Shown in pieces: positions 38,714 through 48,259 of a DNA stretch of 64,000 nt. The DNA comes from a virus (taxonomy: Duplodnaviria > Caudoviricetes). The position numbers and the translations under genes are program-made. How positions within the stretch are numbered: position 1 is the stretch's first letter; each line of letters begins with the position of its first letter. The DNA lies in IMG/VR virus record IMGVR_UViG_3300021254_000020, positions 128,001 to 192,000 of that record. The stretch is one strand, 5' to 3'. The notes below the pieces were generated by a model that ran no database searches, was not told where the DNA came from, and saw nothing but the letters and a program-made list of their open reading frames with translations.

Positions 38714-39166
38714 TTAATTGGTAGACATAATTGATTTCTTAATCAATTCGACTAAACTAGCCTTAATATCATCAAATGTACTGTCTTTGTCAGTCAGCTC
38801 ATAAGTGATATCAAACATGTAGTAGGATTTAATCGTACTATCTTGATTTACCTCTACTAAAGGAGTCTTTATATCATCATCAACTACTTCAGTGTCATAT
38901 ATAGAGATAATTGCTTCAGTGGGATCCTCTTCTTTAACATTATAATCACCGACAAATCTAACCTTTTTACCAGTCATCTTTTCTGTAAATTTCTTCCCAC
39001 TACCGGAAGGATTTACATTTCTCTTGCAAACTGTATAGGAATGACCATCTAAGAGAGCCTTGTAGTTAGCGAAAGCTTCAGCATCTTTTAAAGACTCGAA
39101 GATAGCGTTAGGTACAATCTCCCAATAATCTTTATCTCCTACATATACTTCATATATTTCTGTCAT
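38714..39166 (-). CDS. hypothetical protein
   Basis: GGAGG RBS. Confidence 0.7.
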   Translation of the reverse strand: MTEIYEVYVGDKDYWEIVPNAIFESLKDAEAFANYKALLDGHSYTVCKRNVNPSGSGKKFTEKMTGKKVRFVGDYNVKEEDPTEAIISIYDTEVVDDDIKTPLVEVNQDSTIKSYYMFDITYELTDKDSTFDDIKASLVELIKKSIMSTN

Positions 39167-39274
39167 GATACATATCCTCCATCCATTATATATTAGTATA
39201 CTTGGTTTTATTTTTTAATAAATCAATCACCCCTAGTCATTAAGACTAGGGGCAACTGTTTATTTTAGGATAGA

Positions 39275-41542
39275 TTACTCACATTTGCTCCAACCACAAT
39301 TACTGCAAGTCACACACTTTCCTTCAGGAATAAGTGTTTTCTTCCCGCACTCGGGACATACACGTTTAATCGTATCTTCCTCTTCCATATGAGCCTCCCC
39401 AATGTCTTGCTTCTTCATTACCAATTCAATAGCATCAGCAATAGCATTAGAGCAGGAGAGTGATACATCAAGTTCACCATTCCTACGAAGAAGCTGACAA
39501 GCAGGACATTGATTATTTCTCAGCTCATCTAGTACTCTAGTCAGTTTAACACCACTACGGAGTGATAAGGAGATCATACGAGTAATAGTGTTGATATTAG
39601 CCTGGCAACCACCGCTCGCATTAGTGAACACCTCAAAGATGTTCCCATCTTCCGTTTTATTAACTGTAACATACATAGATCTAGCACAGCTAGTACGTAC
39701 TCTCACTGTAGCACCTTCTACGTACTTAGTATTCCTACGACTAGGGGCATCGATACTATCATATGCAGGAACATATCCTTTAGGTACAGCTACCAGAGGC
39801 TCAGAGGTATCCTCATCATCCTTCTTCTTTTCTACACCAAGGATATTACCACGTTCGCATCCATCGACGAATACAGTGATACCTTTAAGCCCTTGTTTCC
39901 ATGCTTCCATATAGATCTCATAGATTTGTTCTTTAGTAGCATCATGGGGAAGATTAACAGTAGAACTGATCGCATTATCTACATACTCCTGAACTATGGC
40001 TTGTAGACGTACGCGATCCAAGTAAGGTACTTCATGAGACTCTATCAGGAACGGGAATCTCTTCTTAGCTTCTTCTACGCTAATACCTTCACAGTGATGG
40101 AATTTAAGAAGATCCTCTACACCACGAGCATATACCAAGAAGGTCTTTCCACTATCCTCCATGGAATGAGATGTACGTTCATAGGCGATCTTAAACATAG
40201 GTTCAATACCACCAGTATACTTACCAGCAAACAAGCTGATAGTACCAGTAGGAGCGATAGACAGAAGAGAACCATTACGAATACCATACTTCTTTATATC
40301 CCCATGCAGTTCAGGATAGGCTTGTATTTGAATAGACTTAAGAGTCTTATCAGCATCGAACTTCTTGAATGGTCCTTTAAGTTTAGCTAACTCAATACTA
40401 GTAATAAGAGCCTGCTTCATGAACTCATCCATTACGTCACTCATTAAGTGACGAGACTCTTCAGAACCATACTTGATTCCTAATGCTACGAAAGCATCAG
40501 CCATACCAAATATACCTAAACCAATGGAACGCCAATCATCAATAACCTGTTTGTTGAGTTCCAATGGTTGCATGTCTCTGCCGTAGTCTAATACTTCATC
40601 CAACATGCGTACTGCATAATGAACAGTATATTTCAAACGATCATAGTTGATATGAGCATGATCAGTAAACTTATCGTCTACCATTTCATAGAGATTAACC
40701 GAACCAAGATTACAAGAATTTCCTCTAGTACCAAAGTATTCGGCACATGGGTTTGATATATCTATTGTGTATTCAGGATATCCGCTCAGTAAATGAAAAC
40801 TACGCACACGCTCTATAAAAATAAGGCCAGGGTCCCCAAAACGGCGAGAGCACTCGCAGAATTCTTCGAAGAATTCTCTTGCATTGATTACGTTAGAGAT
40901 CTTTCCTGTCTCAGGAGAGTCAAAATGTAACTCAAAATCTCTATTTTCTTCTACCGCCTTCATAAATTTGTCAGTGAACTTGATACTGATATTCATAAAA
41001 GAGAGTTTCTCATTATTCTGCTTTACTCTGAGGTACTCATAGATATCTGGATGTTCGCAAGATAACCCGACCATAATAGCCGCCCTACGCCCGTTCTGTC
41101 CAATAACCTGACCTACTGTATCGAAGACATTAAGAAATGATACTGCTCCGCTGCTCTTTAGTGCTGAATTATTTACTCTTGCTCCTTTAGGACGAAGTGT
41201 ATCTATAGAAATACCAACACCTCCACCATAGGAGAAGATACGTGCCATATCCCTAGCAGTGTCAAATATAGATTCTATATTATCTTTGGGGATATTACCA
41301 AGAACATAGCAGTTGCTTGTACTTAGTTTACGTTTCCCCTTGTAGCCCGCCCCAAATAGAGTTCTACCTCCAGGTAAGAACCATGCCTTATCTAGTAGAG
41401 TATATGCATCATCCTTGATTTCATCACTAAAGATGCTTGCCAGTCTGGGAATGAACTCTTCTGGTTTCTCTCCTTCATGTAGATATTTACGAGTCATGAT
41501 TCCCATAGAGATTTCATTGTCATACCATTTCTTTTCACTCAT
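39275..41542 (-). CDS. nrdJ: class II (adenosylcobalamin-dependent) ribonucleotide reductase
   Basis: FLPGGR, SNCYV, GGGVG, RRAA, NPCAE, SCNLGS, IAPTGTIS, AISSTVN, C-terminal TSC/CxxC domain and zinc ribbon; no NrdB nearby. Confidence 0.92.
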   Translation of the reverse strand: MSEKKWYDNEISMGIMTRKYLHEGEKPEEFIPRLASIFSDEIKDDAYTLLDKAWFLPGGRTLFGAGYKGKRKLSTSNCYVLGNIPKDNIESIFDTARDMARIFSYGGGVGISIDTLRPKGARVNNSALKSSGAVSFLNVFDTVGQVIGQNGRRAAIMVGLSCEHPDIYEYLRVKQNNEKLSFMNISIKFTDKFMKAVEENRDFELHFDSPETGKISNVINAREFFEEFCECSRRFGDPGLIFIERVRSFHLLSGYPEYTIDISNPCAEYFGTRGNSCNLGSVNLYEMVDDKFTDHAHINYDRLKYTVHYAVRMLDEVLDYGRDMQPLELNKQVIDDWRSIGLGIFGMADAFVALGIKYGSEESRHLMSDVMDEFMKQALITSIELAKLKGPFKKFDADKTLKSIQIQAYPELHGDIKKYGIRNGSLLSIAPTGTISLFAGKYTGGIEPMFKIAYERTSHSMEDSGKTFLVYARGVEDLLKFHHCEGISVEEAKKRFPFLIESHEVPYLDRVRLQAIVQEYVDNAISSTVNLPHDATKEQIYEIYMEAWKQGLKGITVFVDGCERGNILGVEKKKDDEDTSEPLVAVPKGYVPAYDSIDAPSRRNTKYVEGATVRVRTSCARSMYVTVNKTEDGNIFEVFTNASGGCQANINTITRMISLSLRSGVKLTRVLDELRNNQCPACQLLRRNGELDVSLSCSNAIADAIELVMKKQDIGEAHMEEEDTIKRVCPECGKKTLIPEGKCVTCSNCGWSKCE

Positions 41543-41582
41543 CTTAAAACCACCTTTACTATAAAAAATATTTATCAGGTGC

Positions 41583-41930
41583 TCATACAGTAGTTTCAGT
41601 TACTAATTTATTTATCTTATCCCATAGAGTGGGATTGTTTTCTTTAGTTACAACGGTATTAGATCCATTAGTTAGGTCAACTTCAGTTACCCTATAGCCA
41701 TGATAGAAATGTTCTTCAAAAGAACTATTGTAGGTCACGTAGAAGATATCCTCTTCATTTGAATCTTTATTCATCCACTTATCCTTTATAGTAGGATCAG
41801 TGATATGCATCATAATCAGATCTAATAGATGATCCTCAGATGTAGCATTGTGGCAGAAAATACCAGGGAGGAAGCATGATGAATCTTCCTCTTTATAAGA
41901 GTATTTGGTTATAGTATATATCTTATCCAC
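41583..41930 (-). CDS. hypothetical protein
   Basis: GGAGG RBS, GTG start. Confidence 0.65.
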   Translation of the reverse strand: MDKIYTITKYSYKEEDSSCFLPGIFCHNATSEDHLLDLIMMHITDPTIKDKWMNKDSNEEDIFYVTYNSSFEEHFYHGYRVTEVDLTNGSNTVVTKENNPTLWDKINKLVTETTV

Positions 41931-42001
41931 TTCAAAACCTCCTATATAGTGTATTAATCATCTGTTAGTGAGAAAGTATAGTTTTACTACCGCTTTATTA
42001 G

Positions 42002-42029
42002 CCTAATTGTAGGTTATGAGCCTAAAATA
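42002..42029 (+). repeat. free-standing copy of the intron-end motif
   Basis: CCTAATTGtAGGttatGAGCCTAAAATA matches 46668-46698(-) and 48226-48259(-). Confidence 0.8.
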
Positions 42030-42071
42030 AATAAAAAATAAAGCCGACCAGATATACCGGTCGGCCATACT

Positions 42072-42815
42072 TTATTTTCTCAAGGAGCGATAACGAGGTC
42101 TAAACTTACTATCTGACTCTGCATCTTCTTCAGTTATAGCAACTGTAGCGGTATGTTCAATAGTATCACCACTGCTGGTACTTGGTTTATTTTCACACTC
42201 AGCAGATTCGAGCTTATCCTGTTCCGAGAATGTATCGATCGGAGTTCCATCTGGCCCAACCATAGTGCGAGTTTCCATATCAAGTGGGAAATGCGGAGGC
42301 TCTGCATCACACTTCGGAATATCATTGCTATCAATCGGTGTAATCGGTGTAGAATATCTAACAGGAGTATGTTTAGGCTTCTGCTCCTCTTTATGACAGT
42401 CACAGTGATCATTACCACAGTTACATTTCTTCTTGGGGACAGTAGAGAATGCTGATGGGAAAAAGGAATGAGTCAGTGCATAGCTTAGCCTGTATATATA
42501 CTCTGAGAACTGAGCTTCGCTTACTAAATCTTTTATACGAACTTTTCGATATGCTATAGAACTAATATGTATTTTCTCAAAGATAGAGACTTTATATACA
42601 CTATGGTCTGACCCTACTATGTAAGCTACTGCATCTGTCTCTCTCTTATAGTAATCTGTAGGAACTAAGAACAAGTCTTTTTTATCAGTAATAGCCGATT
42701 TGACTAATGCGGCAAAACGTTGAGTGATATCAACCAATCCATCAAATTCCATAATAACAGGAGCTGATTCTTTGGTTGTATCAATCCTCTGGATACTGAT
42801 AATAATATCAAGCAT
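42072..42815 (-). CDS. hypothetical protein with Cys/His cluster and disordered tail
   Basis: CNCGNDHCDCH. Confidence 0.7.
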   Translation of the reverse strand: MLDIIISIQRIDTTKESAPVIMEFDGLVDITQRFAALVKSAITDKKDLFLVPTDYYKRETDAVAYIVGSDHSVYKVSIFEKIHISSIAYRKVRIKDLVSEAQFSEYIYRLSYALTHSFFPSAFSTVPKKKCNCGNDHCDCHKEEQKPKHTPVRYSTPITPIDSNDIPKCDAEPPHFPLDMETRTMVGPDGTPIDTFSEQDKLESAECENKPSTSSGDTIEHTATVAITEEDAESDSKFRPRYRSLRK

Positions 42816-42839
42816 ACTATCTACCCCACATTCTCTAAG

Positions 42840-43055
42840 TTATGAGTTAACTACTTTCTTTTTCTTGTTATACTCCACTTTAGGAACACTTTTATTATAT
42901 TCTCGTCTCACCCATGCAGGAACTCTCTGTCCGTTATAGGTATCTTTACGACTCTCTACTCCGAAAGTGAATGCTTTAAATTCCATTAATCTTATCTTTC
43001 CTTTCTCATTATATAATAGGAGTTCTTTCCATTGTCGGTATTCGTTCCATACCAA
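42840..43055 (-). CDS. small basic protein
   Basis: fills operon gap; start uncertain. Confidence 0.5.
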   Translation of the reverse strand: MVWNEYRQWKELLLYNEKGKIRLMEFKAFTFGVESRKDTYNGQRVPAWVRREYNKSVPKVEYNKKKKVVNS

Positions 43056-43404
43056 CTATCATATTATCTAGTATCAATCTTAGAATATTCTCATTCTTTT
43101 TGATATCTATCGTTAGGGGAGATATTCTATTGCTCATACCCATCGTTATTAGATATAAAGCATGAGACCTATCTTCTAGATTGATATAATAATAGGTCTT
43201 GTTAGGATTATCTTTATCTTCTATAGCCCTATTAATAGAAGCTATGAGAAGAATAAGATGATGCTTTAGATTAAATACCATATTACTCGTGAGAGAACAT
43301 CTCACTTCCTTAGTATCTTCATCTAAAACAGTTATTGTTTTTAAACATTCGTCTTTAGTTATATCTAAGTATTTTTCAATCTGGTAATTCCAGTTGGGGA
43401 TCAT
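43009..43404 (-). CDS. hypothetical protein
   Basis: ATGA overlap with upstream gene. Confidence 0.65.
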   Translation of the reverse strand: MIPNWNYQIEKYLDITKDECLKTITVLDEDTKEVRCSLTSNMVFNLKHHLILLIASINRAIEDKDNPNKTYYYINLEDRSHALYLITMGMSNRISPLTIDIKKNENILRLILDNMIVGMERIPTMERTPII

Positions 43405-43925
43405 GACACTTTCTCCATTAACACTTGGTACGCATGAACTTCATTCTTTATTGCTAACTTTACCACATCTAGATATGTCTCTAGACCATCAACGTATTCA
43501 CTAACTTCAGACTTGAGACCATCTAGTCTAGTCATTACATTAGCATTGTGAGGATGCTTCGTATACACATCAGCATACGTCTCCATAATCTTTTTCTTCA
43601 GTTCTATATAGGAATTCAGAAGAATAGAGTATCTATCTGCTATCTTCATCAATACATTACGGAATTCTTTATCCATAATAGATTTGTATAGCAGTAGTTC
43701 ATCTAGCTGAGTACCGATCCTCTCTGTACGTGATATTACATTTTTGATAGAAATATTGAGCCATAATCTACTATGATCACCGAATATAGGATCCACTTTA
43801 GTTCCTAATTTTCTTAGATAATAATCATGCTTCTTGTTATAAATAACGGATAGCTCTTCTATCCTAGCAGTTAGTTCATTATTTCTATCTTGTGCCAGTT
43901 TGATAATAGCCTCGTTAGGTACCAT
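43401..43925 (-). CDS. helical hypothetical protein
   Basis: 174 aa with RBS. Confidence 0.7.
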   Translation of the reverse strand: MVPNEAIIKLAQDRNNELTARIEELSVIYNKKHDYYLRKLGTKVDPIFGDHSRLWLNISIKNVISRTERIGTQLDELLLYKSIMDKEFRNVLMKIADRYSILLNSYIELKKKIMETYADVYTKHPHNANVMTRLDGLKSEVSEYVDGLETYLDVVKLAIKNEVHAYQVLMEKVS

Positions 43926-43941
43926 CTATATCCCTTCTTCT

Positions 43942-44235
43942 TTATTCTTGGCCACTATATTTGCCGAATCTACCAATAATAGGATCTCGATATATTCCAT
44001 TCACTTCGTTAGGAATATCATCAAATACTGCTATATACTTATAGGGTGTTCCTATATCATTCTTATCATTATCCTTATCATCATACGATGCCAGATAAGC
44101 GAATGCCACTCTAGGAGCCACTTCCTCTAAATGTACTATAGTAGTATAAGTCATATCACTGGTAAGTTCATCTAAAAAACAGAACTCATCTCCAATGTGT
44201 AGTTGTAACACATCATCAAATGGCCGGTGTATCAT
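43942..44235 (-). CDS. hypothetical protein
   Basis: AGGAG RBS. Confidence 0.65.
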   Translation of the reverse strand: MIHRPFDDVLQLHIGDEFCFLDELTSDMTYTTIVHLEEVAPRVAFAYLASYDDKDNDKNDIGTPYKYIAVFDDIPNEVNGIYRDPIIGRFGKYSGQE

Positions 44236-44250
44236 TGGTCACTATCTCCT

Positions 44251-44586
44251 TTATATTCGTATCCTGTCCTGACAATGGACATTGTTTAAGAAGTAATACA
44301 TTGATATCTTATGGTCTCTAGAATGAGAGAATACTTCTTTACGTTTTCTAAATCCCAATAGATTATTAATGAACTCATCTACATAGTTCATTATATCAAG
44401 CAATGGTTTTCTAATGTAAAATACTAACTTTAATCTAGATTTAGATAATCTCAGATTAATCGTTAATCTTCTACTATTACCATTGTCAATCAAAGCATTC
44501 ATGATAGTATCTCTAAGATATAGAGCATTAGCTCTTGTCAGATACTCATCTTCTACTTTGATATTTACTTCTTTCATAGATATCAC
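44251..44586 (-). CDS. hypothetical protein
   Basis: coupled ORF. Confidence 0.65.
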   Translation of the reverse strand: MISMKEVNIKVEDEYLTRANALYLRDTIMNALIDNGNSRRLTINLRLSKSRLKLVFYIRKPLLDIMNYVDEFINNLLGFRKRKEVFSHSRDHKISMYYFLNNVHCQDRIRI

Positions 44587-45104
44587 CTCAATGCGTGATT
44601 TCTCTCATTATAGTTTGGCATATATTTCTTGATCCCAGACTCAGATGTGATAAATTGTTTCGCCAATACTCTAATAGTAGCACTAATACAATCTAACGAT
44701 CTATCATCTTTCTGATCAAAATAGATTAACTTCGGTTTCTTTAGCCTCGCATCTACTACTCCCAGATAATGAGTAAACTCACTATCGAATATATCCAAAG
44801 CTATAATACTATCAGTAATGAAGTGTGGGTTTATTACACTAGGCTCAATACCCCTACTCTTCTTTACTAAAGCATAGAAGTCAAAAGTCATTAGGAACTG
44901 CTTCGCTAATGCCTTTTTCATCTTACGTACATTCGAGCTCAATATCTTGCAAAGCATTTCTTCCCCAAGATGCTCTACATCTGATGGAGACATAGATTGT
45001 TCGATAACTAAGTCTCCTAGGGTTGCTTTTCTGAAGTAGCAACCATTGTCTTTATTGTACTCGAACTTGTAGAAAGATAATAACTTCTTTTTATTTTCAG
45101 TCAT
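44583..45104 (-). CDS. hypothetical protein
   Basis: AAGGGG RBS. Confidence 0.7.
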   Translation of the reverse strand: MTENKKKLLSFYKFEYNKDNGCYFRKATLGDLVIEQSMSPSDVEHLGEEMLCKILSSNVRKMKKALAKQFLMTFDFYALVKKSRGIEPSVINPHFITDSIIALDIFDSEFTHYLGVVDARLKKPKLIYFDQKDDRSLDCISATIRVLAKQFITSESGIKKYMPNYNERNHALR

Positions 45105-45121
45105 GATGCATAACCCCTTAA

Positions 45122-45637
45122 TTATACCTCAATCTCTATCAATCCCCTGTTACTAATAGACGGTTTTTCGCTAGCACTTAATAGATGAATGTAAGTAATA
45201 CCATCTACCTTTCTAAATTCCCCAGTGTAGATGATATTCTTAGGATATCCATTACGGCAATCTACCGTCATCAAGTCGATAGTCTTATTGTTTGGATTGT
45301 AGTCGTATGATACTACATTACCAATATTAACCACTCTAAACCGATTAGCACCATAATTAGTTCTTTTAATAAGTTTACCAGTATTGATGCAAGACTCTAT
45401 GATATTCTTCATAGCGATAGAATCATCATTCTCTTTCTTCTTGATATATCTATCAATATTTGGTTTAGGAATCTTATCATAAATAGACGTCTCTTCTAAA
45501 GACATAGTGTCTTTATTAATCTTTCTCTTATAGCCCTTCCCGTCAGTCATATGTCTGAACCGAAGGTCAATACCGTCTATTTTGGTAATGGGAGTAACTT
45601 TACACATATTGAAAATCCTTTCTCTAATTATACACAC
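45122..45637 (-). CDS. hypothetical protein
   Basis: 171 aa; start uncertain. Confidence 0.65.
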   Translation of the reverse strand: MCIIRERIFNMCKVTPITKIDGIDLRFRHMTDGKGYKRKINKDTMSLEETSIYDKIPKPNIDRYIKKKENDDSIAMKNIIESCINTGKLIKRTNYGANRFRVVNIGNVVSYDYNPNNKTIDLMTVDCRNGYPKNIIYTGEFRKVDGITYIHLLSASEKPSISNRGLIEIEV

Positions 45638-45878
45638 ACAATCCTTTTAATATTGGTCTTCTTATTCTCTCTTCCTCTTATTTGGCTTAGAATAGAAAAC
45701 CCAATGAAATATTATACTTAGTATAATCACGCATAAAATGGAACTTACAATATTTCCTATTAGTATCAAGTCATCAAGCGCTATTGTTATTACCTCCTTC
45801 TATATAGAATATGTGGCTATCCCCATACCATTATTATAGTATATAATAAAGTATAAGTTTAGCCACATATCCACACTA

Positions 45879-46114
45879 TTATCCTACATTCTTATACTTA
45901 GCCTTCAAAGCTTTAATTCTGCCTATCTGATTCTGATTATAACGACGTCTACCCATATGAATAAAGGATTCCAGATTAATTACCGTATCCTTAAACACAT
46001 TTACGTCATTATTAAACAGACCGTCATTACGAGAGATACAGAATGCATTTCTCGGAGAGTAGACAGCCTCACATGCATTATCAAAGGCCTTATTGAGAAG
46101 CAACTTAATATTTA
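45879..46114 (-). CDS. RNA polymerase beta' N-terminal subunit, exon 3
   Basis: C|TA AAT ATT AAG continues (L)NIKLLLNKAF...YSPRNAFCISRNDG after group II 3' end. Confidence 0.85.
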
Positions 46115-46654
46115 ATATGAATAGGTAGAGACCATGATATTATCTCATCTCTTTCCCCTCATTCGAACGCAGCAAGCGACTTTCATCGCACTACGCTTTC
46201 CATCGAGTATTATCCCGACTAGAGACCATTCCTCCATTCCCGTTACAGGAACTTCTTAGGTTCGATCTCCGCTTTTCAGCATAGGTTAAGATGCTTATCT
46301 CCATATGGTTTCGTCATCAATCTAAATCGACCTATACCTTTCTTTCGTTCAGATAGACCTATCATTACATACATATCCTTAGGTGCCTACTTTATCTATA
46401 TATACCTAGATAGTACCTGTAATACTATATGGGTGTTCTCAACTGCCACCTTACTAACCCACAATACATATAGATTTTAATAGTAGATTCGTGTCCCTCA
46501 CCATAGATATCTTATTGACTCCCGGTTTGTTCAACCGACTTTACCGAGCTACTAACCCTGATCTTTACAATCAACGCTAGTCGGAGATTAGAGGAGATAC
46601 TTCTAGGCGTTACCCTATCATTTTATCTCTCGGTCTACCCACACAAAATCGCAC
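46115..46654 (-). mobile_element. ORF-less group II intron (IIB-like), 540 nt
   Basis: 5' GTGCG; EBS1 GGCAGT (46447-42) pairs exon ATTGCC; domain V AGCGTAGTGCGAT-GAAA-GTCGCTTGCTGCGTT; domain VI with bulged A 46122, 8 nt from terminal AT; removal restores frame. Confidence 0.92.
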
Positions 46655-46670
46655 GGCAATCTCCATCATA
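46655..46670 (-). CDS. RNA polymerase beta' 16-nt micro-exon (YDGDC)
   Basis: TAT GAT GGA GAT TGC C supplies the missing part of the ADYDGD catalytic motif. Confidence 0.88.
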
Positions 46671-46716
46671 TTTTAGGCTCACGCGCCGCAATTAGGAATT
46701 TAATGCGACACGATTT

Positions 46717-47830
46717 ATGAACGTACATTACTAAGACTACAGTATTATTATAAACACATCATAATCTAAGGTTGTTATTACCCTTTTCGGTAAACCCTCT
46801 ATATAATTCAGGATAGTTCTTGGTTATATTTTTAAAGGTTCTTCCAGTTCTTATAAAGCTCAAACTAGTTATGAACTTCTTATCATATGGAACTCCAAGA
46901 GCATTGGCTATCTGCATAGAATCCCTTCCAGCTACCATCATCTGGCATATTCTATCAACCGTAGAACCATCCCAAGTGTATCCCGATATATCATAATCCT
47001 TAGATATAGATTTCCATCGTTTTCCTGTTCTAATATCAGAAACCAGAGCAGCAAAATTCATATTATATGGAACTCCAACAATCTTAGCTATATCTGGTGA
47101 TTCCATACCTTGAGTAAGACATTGACAAATCGTATGAATCATCTTATATTTTTCAGCATTTTTGTTTACTGATACTATATGATAATTCTTTGCAATATCT
47201 TTCCAAGCAGTACCATTTCTGATATTGCTAATTAGAACTATCCATCGTCTATCATAAGGTACACCAAATTTTTCTGCTACTTGTTTAGAACTAATATTTG
47301 GATCCTCTAGCATTTGACAAATAGCATGCTTCATCTCTAATGGGAAATTAAAGATATGATCTCTATTTACATCATCGCTCAAAGAATACAACACATTATT
47401 CTGATAATCGGTCCACATAAGATTATCGAGTTTATTATGATATTTTACCTCATCTTTATGATGAACTAACTGACCATAATATGGATCCGATGTATCAGTA
47501 AGAAAAGTAATGGCTACCATTCTATGAACAAGCATCATAGCATCTTCTAATCTGCATCTAAGATATCCTTCCGGTAAAGATACTGGGTATATTTTCATCT
47601 GAGTAACCCTATCATATACGTTTCCGTAATTACTAACCAGATATCTCGGATTTAGTGGGAATATCCTAAATTCCTCATTAAGATAATATCCTAAAGTAAG
47701 AGCTCCATTAGAATAATCACTGGCTTTGTATTTATCTTGATTTTCTGCACCTGGTATAAATTCTTCCATTATATCACCTCCTTTACTATATGATTATAAA
47801 TTAACTGTAGTCTTAGTAATGTACGTTCAT
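46717..47830. repeat. 27-bp perfect inverted repeat looping out the HNH ORF
   Basis: ATGAACGTACATTACTAAGACTACAGT 46717-43 and reverse complement 47804-30. Confidence 0.95.
46759..47769 (-). CDS. intron-encoded HNH homing endonuclease with three C-terminal HTH-like repeats
   Basis: YLVSNYG (NUMOD4-like), VHRMVA.TF, VHHKDE...N..DNL.W; 3x ICQ...IA...GVPY......S.IR.G..W/F. Confidence 0.9.
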   Translation of the reverse strand: MEEFIPGAENQDKYKASDYSNGALTLGYYLNEEFRIFPLNPRYLVSNYGNVYDRVTQMKIYPVSLPEGYLRCRLEDAMMLVHRMVAITFLTDTSDPYYGQLVHHKDEVKYHNKLDNLMWTDYQNNVLYSLSDDVNRDHIFNFPLEMKHAICQMLEDPNISSKQVAEKFGVPYDRRWIVLISNIRNGTAWKDIAKNYHIVSVNKNAEKYKMIHTICQCLTQGMESPDIAKIVGVPYNMNFAALVSDIRTGKRWKSISKDYDISGYTWDGSTVDRICQMMVAGRDSMQIANALGVPYDKKFITSLSFIRTGRTFKNITKNYPELYRGFTEKGNNNLRL

Positions 47831-48259
47831 CAACAATTATCTAACCTTTCGGCTACCATAGACTATATCAGTCCCCCAGCATTACCTGGTAGGGTGCTAG
47901 CACTTCGCTACTAGGATCGTCAATCCGTTCGCTACAGGGAGCTGATCCCCTTAGTCGTTGAACCCCTTTCGAGGATGCTGATTGCCGATTTACTTCTATG
48001 CCCTTAGCACAGTCTATCTCTCCCTAGAAGTTGGGTATTCTACAATAGATCTGCTTTTATTTCAGCTTAGGCTATCTTTAGGATTTGTTTCTACTTTCGT
48101 AGCATGCCTACTATATAGACGATGCACCTAAAGCTTTACGATGTTCCAGCAGTTCACTAGCTCTCACTCACATATTACTATATGAGCGGACCATGATTTA
48201 GAAATTGTCTAAATCGCCCTTTTTTGTAATTTAGGCTCGCGCCTTAACAAAATTAGGGG

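Larger units (their letters stand above)
46671..48259 (-). mobile_element. group I intron-core element with HNH gene and non-canonical ends, 1589 nt
   Basis: P GAACTGCTGGAA 48155-44, Q AATCAGC 47983-77, R GTTCAACGACTAA 47963-51, S GATATAGTCT 47869-60, P3 GCTAG/CTAGC, P9 TAGCC-GAAA-GGTTA. Confidence 0.88.

Noticed and set aside
45879-46103. 74-aa ORF as an independent gene
   Set aside because: No RBS; it is exon 3 of beta'.
48209-48259. ORF-track C-terminus PLILLRREPKLQKRAI of beta'
   Set aside because: Read-through into the insertion; the catalytic motif resumes at 46670.
48215-48259. Twister ribozyme at the intron ends
   Set aside because: Superficial CCUAA/AGCC/UAAA similarity only; the required pseudoknot pairings are not evident.
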